Shown here: positions 24,750-37,690 of the stretch, piece by piece
Numbering within the stretch: the first letter of the stretch is position 1
Layout: every line of letters begins with the position of its first letter
Translations under genes and position numbers: made by a program
Assembly (NCBI RefSeq): GCF_030028105.1
Contig: NC_092379.1
Location: 63,252,008 to 63,316,007, forward strand
DNA: 64,000 nt
Source of the DNA: Mobula birostris
Taxonomy: Eukaryota
Direction: 5' to 3'
Notes under the pieces: generated by a model
Seen by the model: the letters and a program-made list of their open reading frames with translations, nothing else
Databases searched by the model: none
Told to the model about the DNA's origin: nothing

Positions 24750-25829
24750 GAGAGCCTTCAACACAGTTTTGGCTTTTATATTTCTGAGAGGTATTGCCTC
24801 TGGAAATCTAGATACTGTACACATGATGGTCAGTAAATATTGATGACCAGTTTTAGTCGTTGGCAATGGGCCAACACTATCCACAATAACTTTAGAAATG
24901 TTTCACCAAATGCAGGAACAGGCTGCAGTGGGACCACCAGGGTGACCTGATTAGGTTTACCCGCAACCCGACAAGTGTGACAAGTCCTACAAAATATTGC
25001 AACATCTTTCCTCAAACTAAGCCAGAAGAGTTGTTTTAAAACTTTGTTCACAGTTTTCTTCACACCTAGATGGCCACCCATAGTTTACTATGGGCCAAAG
25101 TTAAAATCTCATTCCTATAGGCTTTAGGAGCAATTGCCTATTCATCACTTGCAGGAACATCAGGTGGTCTCCACTTCCTCAGTGACACTCCATCTTTGAA
25201 ATAAAACCCTACTGGCACTTTATTAATCTCCTCACCTGGAGAGCTTTTTCTCTTAAAGCTTCAATCTCAGGGTCTCTGCTCTGCTCTGCTATAAGCTCCT
25301 TCCTAGATAGAGATAAATCTTTATTATCAGATTTAATACCTGGATCCTGGTGAAACAATGAAGGCAGAAAAGTCCCTGTCAAGTCATCAAAATCTGATTC
25401 CCTATTTGGGCTATCATGAGTAGCCGAATCCTGCTGCAGAAGACCATCTGCATTGGCAAGTTTCTTGCCCCTAGCTCGAGTTACTGCACACGAGGGGTAC
25501 ATGTTAGGGTCTATCTTTGCATCATCATTAATTGGCTTAGTTGTCAGCTGCACTTCAGGAACAACTTTACCACCTGCTAGGTCATTCCCTAACAACAAAG
25601 AAGTACCTTCCACCGGTAAACTGGGTCCTATTTTAACAAGTCCTGAAACTAACTCTGACTTCAAAATTACCTTGTGCAGAGGTATAGAAACAGCATCGCA
25701 CCCAATACCTCAAATAAGATTTACCTCACCAATGGCAGTCTCATCACTAAACTTTAGAACACTGTCTAAGTGACTAAGAAGCCCCAGTATCTCAAAGAAT
25801 TTTCACCGGTACCACGGTTGACCCTTCCT

Positions 25830-27061
25830 TTAGAGAAACAAACCCATCTGGTGTAAAATGAATTCTTTCCTAACCTGACCAGACATTTTAGCTGTTGACA
25901 GAGCTTCAGACCCCCGTGGGTTCACAGGTGTTTCAACCTTTTGAACACAGGCATCTGGAACTGCCTCCTTTTCCTTCTTCTTTTCCAGAAGGAAACAGTT
26001 AGCCATAACATGACCAGGTTTCCTACAATAGTGACCAGTAAGACCAGAATATTTCTCCATCACTTGCTTCCCCCCATCCTTACTTTTGTCATTAGTCCCA
26101 GATTTAATTTCTGGTTTACCCTGACTATCTACGCTACTCTTTTGGAAGGTCGTACTCGGGGTAAACTTAAATTTGTGGGTTAAAGCAAACTCATCTGCTA
26201 ATCTAGCAGACTCCTGCAAAGTGACAGCATCCTTGTCATCTAAATATGCCTTTATGTCATTAGGGACACACCTCTTTTAAATTTTTCAATTAAAATTAAC
26301 TTTTTCAGTTTGTTGAAATCACCACCCATGTATTTAGATGTGCACCATCTTTCAAAACACACAGATTTCTCATAAACAAATTCCACATGAGTCTGGTTCA
26401 CAGACTTCTTCAAATTTCTAAACCTTTGCCTATAGGCTTCTGGAACCAGTTCATAGGCTTTAAGCACAGCCTGTTTCACAATCTCATACTCAGCTGCATC
26501 TTCAATTGATAGGGCAGAATAAGCCTGCTGAGACTTACCCTTAAATACACTCTGTAACAAGACAGGCCAACTCTCTTTTGGCCATTTTAGACTCTGAGCA
26601 ACTTTCTCAAAATGCTAGAAGTATTTATCAACCTCAGCCTCAACAAACGCAGGGACCAGTTTAACCTGCTGTCTGGCCACAATTGGTACAACCAGCTCCC
26701 TAGAGCCAGAAGTTTGCCTCTCGAGCCTTAACCTCTCCATCTCTATCTCAAACTGCCTTTGTTTGTCTCTTTCTCTTTCCTCAGCCTCTAATTTAAATCT
26801 CTCTAACTTCATTTGTTCCATTCGTAACTGGGTCTCAAGTTTACTTTCAGGAAACCTCTCTAATACCTCCTCCTCAAATTCCTCCTTATCTATGTAGTGC
26901 TCAGCTATAACCTTTTGAATCTGCACCTTTTTCCTAGACTGTTTCACCTCAGTAAGTTTTAGGTTTTTAGCAATGGCCAACAAGTGATCCTTTCTGGCAT
27001 CCCCTAATGCCTTAGGGTCTGGCAATGCCAGAAATGTTGCTGGTTTCCCCACACAAGTCAA
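25830..27061 (-). pseudogene. Gmr1-like gag (SCAN-related capsid domain plus zinc knuckle), disrupted
   Basis: KQAVLKAYELVPEAYRQRFR...FERWC...LILIEKFK and xHYCRKPGHVMANC. Split by stops and frameshifts. Confidence 0.85.
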
Positions 27062-27145
27062 TCAAAAGCATCGTAGCCAATGAGATCGATAATCAATCAA
27101 TCAATAAGCTTCAAATTTGTTCATTTCGTGGTCGAGACCCCAGTT

Positions 27146-27900
27146 TTTTATGACTTCGTGACGTACCAGCAGCAAGAGATGACAAAATGAGTCAGGTTTA
27201 ATATTAAAACCACTATATTTATTTACATCTACTCAAAAATATAGAAAATTGAATAAAGTGCTTTCTTAAACAGAAGTTAACAGTGTTATGCGTCTATAGC
27301 TCCCTTACAATCAAACTTAGAACCTGTTCTTAACAAATCTTACTCAGGCACAGTATCAAAGTGGCAATTCAGAGCGTCCCAGTAATTCATGAGATAGGTG
27401 AAAGGAGAGATTTGTGGATTCACAGTGCAGCGACAAGGTGATCACAACGAATTCCAAAGATTCCGCGGCTAGCGAATGAAGAAATGGTTACCGAAGATCC
27501 CAGCCAAGGAATACTGTTCCGAAGTCCACAAAGAGCGAATTCACAAACTGACTGTCACGAAATCCACACCCATGGATCATGCGAAGGACAGACACGTCTC
27601 CACAATGCACAGTGTGCCGCTGATTAACCCAATCCTTTGGGTATGGGTAAGCGTTAGACTTTACCCTTCTCAATCATGAGCTGTTCCTGGATAGCTCGAA
27701 ATGCAGTCTTCATTCTCTATCTCTTTCCTTCACTCCCTTCTTAACAAAATGTCCACATTTCTTTTATACTGTCAGCATACGTCATAAGGTAATGCACATA
27801 GAAATGAAACTGTGGACCCTCAGTAAAATGAATCTGGGGTCACGTGACGCCCACAGTAAACAAATCTATGGACTCCCACGAAAAGTATGGACAGGTAACA
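27146..27900 (-). repeat. 5' LTR of Gmr1-like element (755 bp)
   Basis: Direct repeat of 20171-20935, ends GTAACA at 27900, PBS immediately internal. Confidence 0.95.
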
Positions 27901-28600
27901 ATGATCTATTGTAAGGACCACATGGAACATTTTGTCAATGATACCAAAATTGCTATTGCATTTGAAAGTGAGAAAGGAAGTTCTTGGTTACAATAAGATA
28001 CCAATGGAGTGATTAGGTGAGCACAAAATACGCTTTGGGAGCGCAAGAAAATAAACAATAAATATTAGGACGTAAACGGTTTGACATTGGGTGAAAGAGG
28101 TGCCACAGACTTGATGGGTCAAATTGTCTTTTCAGTGTGGAGAGAAATATGAACTAATACAGAAAAACATATGTTTATTTGTTCATCTTCACAGGTCCCT
28201 AAAGATAGCCAATGAAGTTGTGAAAAAGAAAATTAGATATTTGTGCTTATTTGTCAACACATAGATCACTAAAGCAAGAAGATTACTGCTAAAACTACAT
28301 AAATGCTAATCAGATATGTATACAATTTAAACAGCATGACAGGATGATTGTGACAGCAATAGACAGAGTGCTGAGGAGACACACAAGGATGTTTACAGAC
28401 TTGGAGAAGTATAGCTATGAGGAAAGATTGAATAGGCTGAAGTTTTCTTTGGAATAAAGGAGAAGGGGGAGAAAATTAATTATCAGGGGTCTATTCAGAA
28501 GTGACCTTTTTCTCTTGATAGATCACCTCAGACTAATTGGTAGGACAACTAGAGGGAAATTGATGGATCCCTTTTTGAACCAATGAGATCTGGGCCTTGT
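27901..28600 (+). mobile_element. Ancient CR1 RT fragment, the target of the Gmr1 insertion (left part at about 20100-20170)
   Basis: Joining the flanks gives YFNDL...FVNDTKI (compare YINDL...FADDTKI). SYEERLNRL lies downstream. Confidence 0.6.
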
Positions 28601-28887
28601 TTTCTGTCATATATTTCCATGATCCTAAGATTCTAATTGTTTGTTAAGACACCAGCACAGAACAGTGATATCAGGATGTAACATTAAAGTCTGATTCCCA
28701 TATCATGGGACACTCAAACACACCTGCTACAATAATTATTCATTCCATCACAAAAAATAACTTCAATGTATTTTCCTCAATGTTGCCTTTCCATTAATGA
28801 TAGATTTTAGAATAAAACAGGACTTTAGAAAGTCCAATATCCTATTGTGTAAAATATATTCTTTTCAAACTTTGTTGGATGTTAATA

Positions 28888-30487
28888 CAGGTGTCCCCCG
28901 CTTTTTGAACGTTCGCTTTACGAAACCTCACTGTTATGAAAGACCTACATTAGTATCCTGCTTTCGCTTTCAGAAGGTGTTTTCACTGTTACGAAGAAAG
29001 GCAGCACGCAATAAAAAAATCACCGCGCGAAAAAATCAGCACGTGATAAAAGGCAGCGTGTGCCCTGAGCAGCCACTCTCCCTTGGATTTGGAATGGCAT
29101 TGCTTTAACAAGCTGCATTGAGCAGCCGTTAGCAAGATGAGTTCTAAGGTGTCGGAAAAGCCTGAAAGGGTAGGGGTGTTACACTTAGTGTAAAACTAGA
29201 CTATTTAAGCATTTCGATCGTGGTGAAGGAAGCAAGGACAAAGTGAGTTTGACTTGTGGAAGCTGACGAAGATGATGTTGAAGAGGTTTTGGCATCCCAT
29301 GACCAAGAACTGATAGATGAAGATCTGATGCAATTGGAAGAGGAAAGGATAACAATTGAAACAGAATGCAGTAGCGAAATGAATGTGAAGCAACTACGTG
29401 AGATTTTCGCTGCAATGATAAAGTACAACTTTAATTTTGAAAGGGTACGTAGGTTTAGGGGATATTTGCAGGATGGTTTGACTGCTTACAAACAAGTGTA
29501 TGATAGAAAAATGCGTGAGGCTCAGCAGTCAAGCAAGCCTTCCACATCAGCCACAACAGACAACGAACCTTGACCTTCGATATCGAGGCGGGCAGTCATA
29601 GGAGAAGGTGAGCTGCCTGCCCTGATTGACGATGAGATGACACCCCCGTGTCCCACCACCCCAAACCCCAGGCCCCGGACAAATACTGTACCGATTCGCG
29701 GAGAATGCAGTGGTAGCTGGGAGGCACACAGCACATTTTTAAGAAAAAAGCTGGAATAAACATGCTAATTAATTAGGTGCCGCCTAGTACGTAATTATTG
29801 GCCCAGATCAGAGACGATGCAATTGGAAATCGGCACTGATCTAGGCTGATAATTACATGCCGGGCAGCACCTAATTAATTAGCATGTTTATTTCGGCTTT
29901 TTTCTTAAAGATGTGCTGTGTGCCTCCCAGCTACCGCTGCATTCCTGCGTGCTTCACGGCAGTATATCGCTCGGCGGCCGGGAGGGTGGGGGCCACTGCA
30001 CCACCCAACCTGCGATGACTCAGCCTAACACACCATCATCAGTATGCTCGGCGCTGAACCAATTCTGGTAAGTGATACTACACTGTACATACATTATTTC
30101 TACTTTATATAAGCTATGTAGTTTTACGTGTTATTTGGTAGATTTGGCAGCTTCATAGTTTAAAGGTTACTGGAGAGCGCGTTTATGCCAACAGCGCTTG
30201 CGTGAGATTTTTGCTATGGAGATTTATGCAGGCAATCATTGTAGAGAAGTATTTCTACTTTATATAGGCTGTGTATTTATCATATCATTCCTGCTTTTAC
30301 TATATATTACTGTTATTTTAGGTTTTATGTGTCATTTGGCATGATTTGGTAGGTTATTTCTGGGTCTGCGAACGCTCGCAAAATTTTCCCATATAAATAA
30401 ATGGTAATTGCTTCTTCGCTTTACGACATTTCGGTTTACGAATCGTTCCATAGGAACGCTTTTCCTTTGGATGGTGGGGGAAACCTG
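28888..30487 (+). mobile_element. Tigger/pogo deletion derivative (1.6 kb), DDE domain missing
   Basis: TIRs CAGGTGTCCCCCG and GTGGGGAAACCTG with TA on both sides. N-terminal MSSKVSEKP..GVTLSVKLD fused to the C-terminal EDDVEEVLASHDQELIDEDLMQLEEE. Confidence 0.9.
29703..29944. repeat. Internal inverted repeat: two 109-bp arms, 24-bp spacer
   Basis: 29703-29811 is the near reverse complement of 29836-29944. Confidence 0.9.
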
Positions 30488-31169
30488 TATATCGTATTGT
30501 CATCTTGTCAACAAACTGGCCTCAGAAGCCAGTCACACTTGAGCAAAATCAAGGCCATGTTTTTTGACAACTGACCTGGTTGAACTTTTGTGTCCTTCAT
30601 TCTCAGACCTGACTACCTGAAGACACTGAGAATGTGGTTCAGGCGAATGAAAACTGGGTGCAGCACATAATCTGGGTAGAAATGGGAATAGTTTTCCCTG
30701 CTGATTATGGAAAGAACCTGGTCAAGTCAAGTCAAATTCATTTTCATATGCACAAGTGTAGTGAGACACAGGTACAATGAAAAGCTTTCAGCAGAATCAC
30801 AGGGACGTAGGTTCAGGTGCAAAGTGTCTCATGCAAAGTAAATCTGCCAATATGTTGAGTCACTTGAATTGTCTTCCATTTCATCTGGGGATTCAAAACA
30901 GATAAATCTCCAAAGAAAAGGAGCAGGGGAACTGTACTCAGTATGGCTCTCATCCTAGTAGCAACTACTGTATGAATCTGTAGACCCTGGGTGTATGTGA
31001 AAGTGCTGCCAAGCTGTGGACTCTGTCGAGATTGTGGCTCAGACAGTTGTTGTTTAAGTTCATAGGGATGGTTTTGGGGACAGAAAGGGGAGGTAGGTTA
31101 GGGTTTGGGGACAGTGATGTGCAGTCTGGGCCTTAGCTCTGTGCTGAAAGGCTAGCGAATTGGACAGGT

Positions 31170-31610
31170 GTTAAAGGAGTGCTGTCCCAGCTCGTTAGTT
31201 CATAAGATCGGGTGCCAATGTGAACCAGAAACACGAGGTGGCCCAGGGGCTGGTGAGTCGGTGCACCTCGAGTTCAAGCCCGGAGTTCCGGGTCCCATCA
31301 TCAGCCAGTCCGGAGGTCAACTGGAAGTTCGGAAAATGAAGCCCGCTGGTCGAAGCCTGGAGACTGGAAGCCTATTGTAGATTTGGAGAACTGTGTGTAT
31401 GAGTGGGTTCAGGGAGTGGGGAGGGAGTAAAGGGGCTTATTTTGCTGTTGTTTTGTTGCTTGTTGTGTTCTGTGTTGTTCCGCCGAGCATTGTTGGCGCT
31501 GGAATGTATGGCGACACTTGTGGGCTGCCCCCAGCATATACTTGGCTGTTAACATAAATGACACTTTTCATTGTATGTTAACATGCACATGTGATAAATA
31601 AATCTGAATT
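31170..31610 (+). mobile_element. Probable non-autonomous Rex-tailed element fragment
   Basis: CpG-rich 5' part, GT-rich middle and taataaataaatctgaat tail like the Rex tails. No ORF. Confidence 0.45.
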
Positions 31611-33059
31611 TGCGTTTGCAAACACCAAGTGTCACAAAGTGCTGAGATGTTCCCTGTTCCCGGTATTGCAAAAGGTTACCTTGGTAAGTTCTATTCTGTT
31701 AGATTGTGCCGTTAACTGATACCCAGGAATCAATAAGGCAGTGGTCTGCACAGAATATCCTTGAGACTCTGCACGAAAAGTAAACGGTGGATCCTGTGAG
31801 ATAGCTCTCAAAGTCATTCGGCAGAATGCCTCTTTATCAGAACATTCAAACGAGAACCAAGACCTTGCTTAGCCAGTGCTGAGAAAGATCTTCAATTATT
31901 TGTACAACTGACATCTCAATGTCTCTGCTTGTTTCCAATGAGAGGATTTTGCAGTGAAATAGATTATCTATCCCCTGGAATGTGTGTTTGCAAAGAATGC
32001 CTGAAAGGGGATGCAGAGATCTTCGAAAAGTTCATCCTAAGCAGCCATATGAGACAGGACTCTGAGTTGTTTGAGCTATTCTAAAGGACACACATTGAAA
32101 TAAATGTCAAACACACTTTAGTCTCTCTGAAACTTGCTTGTCTTCCAATACACAGATCAGTCCACAACTGAATGTTGCAGATGAGCCACGGTGCAGGATT
32201 CTGTGGCACTGCAAAGGCTGCCTGGAGAGAAAAAAAATTCAAACTATCCTGCCACTGAACATTGAAGATCTGGGCACTGTGTAAAACTGAATCTCTCAAA
32301 CTTCTCATCAGCTGAACAGCTGGGAATGAAATCAGTGCCAACCTGCCCTCGCATAAATAAATAAATTATCTGTTAGGTGTAGTGAATGAAAATAAAGAAA
32401 TGTTAAATTTGTAAATTTGTACCCAAGGTACAGATTTATGTTCTTTAGACCGAAGTAAGGAGAAGCTAAAAATATCTGCAAATGCTCCAATCAGTTGATC
32501 TGCATAGGATAAAAGGACATGGCTGAGGACTCTATCTGGGCCCGACACTTTCTGTGAGTTCTCTTCCGAGAAGACTGATCTGATGTCTGCAACGGTGACT
32601 GTGTGTACAGTTGTATTTTATGACTAAAGTATATTTTTAGATGCGAATGTTGAGGTAAAGTTTAATGGACAATACTGCATAAGTAATAACAGCAGAAAAC
32701 ACAGTTGCAGTGTACTAAGTACAAGTTAAATGCAAGAAAAAAAAGTAAGCTTTAAAGTTATGGTGGAGGAGCATTTATAAGTAATAATCTGATACAAGAC
32801 AGAATTAGTAGTCATTTTGACAAGAAGTGATTACTAAAGGGAAAAAATGGAATGGATTTGTTCAAGCCAAGTGGCACATGGTGAGGTTTTACCTGTGGAC
32901 AATGCTATTCATATGGATATGGATTTACAGATAGCCTTTTATAAAACTGCCATACACTTGTCAGAAGCAGTTGAAGCCTAAATAATAAAAGGGGCTTGGA
33001 CACAGAGAATAATAGTGAATTGTGATTTCCAGTAGTACTTCTCGATGGTTGATTCAAGG

Positions 33060-35860
33060 ACCATAAGACCAGAGGACATAAGAACAGAATTAGGACATTC
33101 AGCCCATTGAGTCTGTTCCACCATTCTGGATCCCACTCAACCTCAAACTCCTGCCTTCTTGCCATAACTTTTGATGCCCTGACCGATCAAGAAACTATCA
33201 ACTTCCGCCTTCAATATGCGCACAGACTTGGCCTCCACCACAGTCTGTGGCAGAGCATTCCGCAGATTCACACTGTCTGGCTGAAAAAAATTCTTCCTTA
33301 CCTCTGTTCTAAAGGGTCACCCCTCAATTCTGAGGCTGTGCTTTCTGGTTCTGGATACCCCACCATAGGAAACATCCCCTCCACATCCACCTTATCTAGC
33401 CTTTCAACATTCGATAGGTCACAATGAGGTTCCCCAGCATTCTTCTAAGTTCCAGTGAGTACAGGCCCAAAGCTGCCAAACACTCCTTATATGTTAACTC
33501 TTTTGTTCCCAGAATCATCCTTGTGAACCACCTCTGGACACTCTCCAATGACAACATATCTCTTCTGAGCTATGGGAACCAAAACTGTTGACGGTACTCA
33601 AAGTGGGGCCTGTCTTGTGTCTTATAAAGCCTCAGCATTATCTCCTTGTTTTTATATTTTATTCCCCTTGAAATGAATGCCAACATGTCATTCGCCTTCT
33701 TTACCACTAACTCAACCTTTAAATTGACTTCCTGAGAGTCTTGCATGAAGATGTTTTAATTTTCTCCCCATTTAGATAATAGTTTGCAGTATTGTTCCTT
33801 TTACCAAAATGCATTATCACACATTTCCCAACACTGTTTTCCATCTGCCACTTTTTTGGCCATTCTTCCAATTTGTCTAAGTCCCTCTGTAATCACATTG
33901 CTTCCTCAGCACTACCTACCCCTCCACCTTTCTTTGTATCATCCGCAAACTTTGCCACAAAGCCATCAATTCCATAATCCAAATCATTGCCAAACAATGT
34001 GAAAAGTAGTGGCCCCAATACTGATCCCTGAGGAAAGCCACTAATTGCTGGCAGCCAACCAAAAAAGGCCCCCTTTATTCCCACTCGCTGCCTTCTACCA
34101 GTCAGCCATTCCTCAATTCATGCCAGTATCTTTCCTGTAGGATCTTATCTTGTTAAGCAGCCTTATATGTGTCACCTTATCAAACGTCTTCTGAAAATCC
34201 ATGTTAATGACATCCACTGCCTCTCCTTTGTCCACCCTGCTTGTTACTTCCTTGAAGAACTCTAACAGATTTGTCAGACAAGATTTCCTTTACAGAAACC
34301 CTGCTGACTTTAACGTATTTTATCATAAGCCTCCAACTACCCTGAAACCTTATCCTTAATAATAGACTCCAACACTTTCCCAGCCACTGAAGTCAGGCTA
34401 ACTGGCCTATAATTTTGTTTCTTTTGTCTTCCTCCCTTCCTAAAGAGTGGAGTGACATTTGCAATCTTCCAGTCCTCCGGAACTATGCCAGAGTCAAGTG
34501 ATTCTTGAAAGATCATAACCAATGCATCTGCTATCTCTTCAGCAACCTCTGTCAGGACTCTGGGATGTAGTCCATCTGGTCCAGGTGATTTATCCACCTT
34601 AAGACCTTTCAGTTTGCCTAGCACTTTTTCCTTTGTAATAGAATGTTACTCACTCCTGCTCCCTGACACTCACAGACCTCTAGCACACTACCATTGTCTT
34701 CCACAGTGAAGACTGTTGCAAACTACTTATTAATTTCATCCACTATTTCTTTGTCCCCAATTACTACCTCACCAGTGTCATTTATCAACTTTTACCTCCC
34801 TTTTACTCTTTCTATAATTGGAAAAAAATTTTTAGTATCCTGCTTTATATTATTGGCTAGTTCTCCCTCATATTTCATCGTTTCCCTTGTTCTGGTTTTT
34901 TACTAGCCTTTTGTTGGATTTTAAAACCTCCCAATTATCCCACTCACTTCTGCTAATATATATGCCCTTTTCCTTGGCTTTTATGCAGTCCCTGACTTCC
35001 CTTGTCAGCCATGGTTGCCTAGCCCTGGCATTTAAGAACTATTTCTGTGAGACATGTCTATCCTACTATTTCCTTTTCCCAGAAACTTCAGCTATTTCTG
35101 CTCTTCTGTCATCCCGTCCAGTATTCCCTTCCAATCCACCCTGAGCAAGCTCCTCTCTCATGCTTTTGAATTCCCTTTATTCCATTGCAATACTGATACA
35201 TGTGACTTGTGTTTTTCCCTCTTAAATGCAGTTTGAATTGAATCATATTACAATCACTGAATCCTCAGGGTTCTTTTACCTTAAGCTCCCTAATGAAATC
35301 TTGATTATTATACAACACCCAATCTAAGGTAGCTTTTCCCTGAGTAGCCTCAAGCACGAGCTGCTCTAAAAAGCCATCCTGTAGGCATTCAGCAAATTCC
35401 CTTTTTGACACCAACCTAATTTTCCCAATCCTCTTGCATATTAAAGTCCCCCATTACAATTGTAACCCTTATTACATGCCCTTTCCAGCTCCCTTTGCAA
35501 TCTCAGCCCCACATCTTGGCAACTATTTGGAGGCCTACACGTGATTCCCACAATGTTTTTTTTTGCCCTTGCAGTCTCTCAATTCCACCCACAAAGTTTT
35601 GACGTTCTCTGACCTATCATGACCTCTTTCTAAAGATGTAATTCCAACTCTTACCGACAGAGCCAGGGTACTGATTATGCCTTCTTGCCTGACCTTTCCA
35701 TACAAAGTATATCCATTGATGTTAAGCTCCCAGCTTTGACTTTCTTTCAGCCACGACTCAGTGCTGCCCACAACGTCATACCAACTAATCTCTAGTTGCA
35801 CCACAAGTTCAGCCACCTTATTCTAAATACTACGTGCATTTAAATACAGTACCTTCATGA
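33060..35860 (-). mobile_element. CR1 LINE ORF2 (EN+RT) to 3' end, decayed
   Basis: DVVGSTESWL, KVDKSPGPDGLHPRVL...NYRPVSLTS and PQGSVLGPLLF...KFADDTK. (TCTTATGG)-like tail. Confidence 0.9.
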
Positions 35861-36159
35861 TCGCTTTTTAAAATAAAATTTATTAATTGTTTTGTCTTTG
35901 GGCTACAAGGTACATTTTCATAATCTGCAGATACAAAACAGAGAAGTGTTGTAAACAAAGGAGTAAAACGATCCAGGAGGATATATACATGCAGGAAGAA
36001 TGAGTGGACACGTGCATGATAAAATTTAATACCACAAGTGTAAAATATTACATTTTCTTTGAAGAATTAAGAGAGGTAATGTAATTTAAAGGAAACATTT
36101 TGAAAGGTAATACGAACTATTTCCTGAAGATGTCAGGTAAGGTTGAAAAGGCAAAAGGA

Positions 36160-37690
36160 AACACACACAAAATGCTGGAAGAACTCAACAAGTCAGGTAC
36201 CATCTACAGAGAGGAATAAATTGTCGACACCTGGCTCAGACTCTTCATTAGGACTGGAAAGGAAGGAGGCAGAAGCCAGAATAAGAAGGTGGGGGGAGGG
36301 AAGGTGCACAAGCTGCAGGTGAAAGCAGGTGAGGGGTGAGGGTGGGAGAGGAGGATGAAGGAAGAAGCAGGGAGGTGATAGGTGGAATAGGTAAAGAACT
36401 GAAAAGAAGGAATCTGATAAGGGAGGTCAGTGAAATATGGAAGGAGAAGGTAATGGGCAGGAGAGGAAAAGGGATGGGGGAACCAGAATGAGGGATGAAA
36501 ACAGAGGAGGGAGGGAGAAATGACTAGAAGTTACGAGAATCCATGTTTATGCAATCAGGTGGGTGGGTACCCAGATGGAATATCCATCCTGAGTGTGACT
36601 TCATCACAGAGTAGAGGAGGCCACGAGCAGACGTGTCACAATGGAAATGGGAAGTCTAGTTGAAATGGGTGGCCGTCAGGAAATCCCGCCTTTTCTGGCA
36701 AGCGCTCGGTGATACAGTTTTCCCCAACCTATCTCGGCTCTCACCAATGTAGAGGAAGCCGCACTTTGAGCTCCGAATGAGGAGATGACTCCAAAGGACA
36801 CACAGGTAGCATGTTGCTTCACCAGGAAGGACTGTTTGGGGCCCTGAATGGTGAGGCAGGAGGAGGTGTAGCACTTGTCCCGCTTGCAGGGATAAATGCT
36901 AGGAGGGAGATCAGTGGGGAGAATCGAGTGGACACGGGAGGATAGGTAGAGAAAGTGGAGAATGGTGGGTCTGGGGTGTTAAAAGATGGGATTAGTGGTA
37001 GACGCCGGACATTATGGAGAATGGTGTGCGGGATAGGGAGGATTGTCGGGTGGGCGGTAAGGACAAGGAGAACCCTATCCCTGGTGGTGGGAGGATGGGG
37101 TGACCATAGATTTGTGGAAAATGGAGGAGATATGGGTGAGGGCAGCATCGATGGCTATTCTTTGAAAAAAGAGAGATTTCAAATATTCTAGAATGAACAG
37201 CCTCATCAAGAGAACAGATGCTGGAAAGACAAAAGAACTGGGAAAATGGAATAGCAATTTTACAAGTGACAGGGTGGGAAGAGATAGCCGTCAGGGTCAG
37301 TGTGTTTACAAAAGATAGATGATAGCCTGCTTTCAGAGATGGAGAGAGAGAGGTCGAGACAGGGGAGAGAAGCGTCAGAGATGGGCCAAGTAAGTTTGAG
37401 GGCGGGGTGGAAGATGGAGGCAAATTTGATGAATTTGACGAGTTCAGTATGTGTGCATCAAGCAGAGCCAATACAGCCGTCTATGTAGTGTAGAAAAGTT
37501 GGGGAGAGTTATCTGTGTAGGATTGGAACATGGACCGTTCCACGTAGCTGACTAAAAGACAGATCATGATGAAAGATCTCGCCCCGAAATGTAGAATGTT
37601 TATTGTTCTCGATTGATGCTGCCTGACTTCCTCTAGCATTTTGTGTGTGTTGCTTAAGATTTCCAGCATCTGCGGAATCGCTTGTGTTTA
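36160..37690 (-). mobile_element. Penelope-like element, 5'-truncated in RT, with an inverted terminal repeat at its 5' junction (37565-37690, +)
   Basis: RT remnant CLLVSYVERSMFQ...QLF; thumb SSHPVTCKIAIPFSQF; GIY-YIG CGFLYIGES. Terminal repeat at both ends in opposite orientation. Confidence 0.85.

Larger units (their letters stand above)
20171..27900 (-). mobile_element. Full-length, defective Gmr1-like LTR retrotransposon (Gypsy superfamily, PR-IN-RT-RH order)
   Basis: LTRs at 20171-20935 and 27146-27900. TSD ATGA at 20167-20170 and 27901-27904. PPT next to 20936. Degenerate tRNA-Pro PBS TGGGGTCTCGACC. Gag, then protease (DTGAS...LLLGNDL), integrase (GHLG...CHTC; SDQGSNF), RT (SSPCVMVPKPDG; PFGIKNA) and RNase H (VDASD; VYTDHNPL). 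Confidence 0.95.

Noticed and set aside
29256-29573. 105-aa acidic ORF as a domesticated TIGD-like gene
   Set aside because: It lies between TIRs with a TA TSD, the DDE domain is deleted and the N-terminus is frameshifted.
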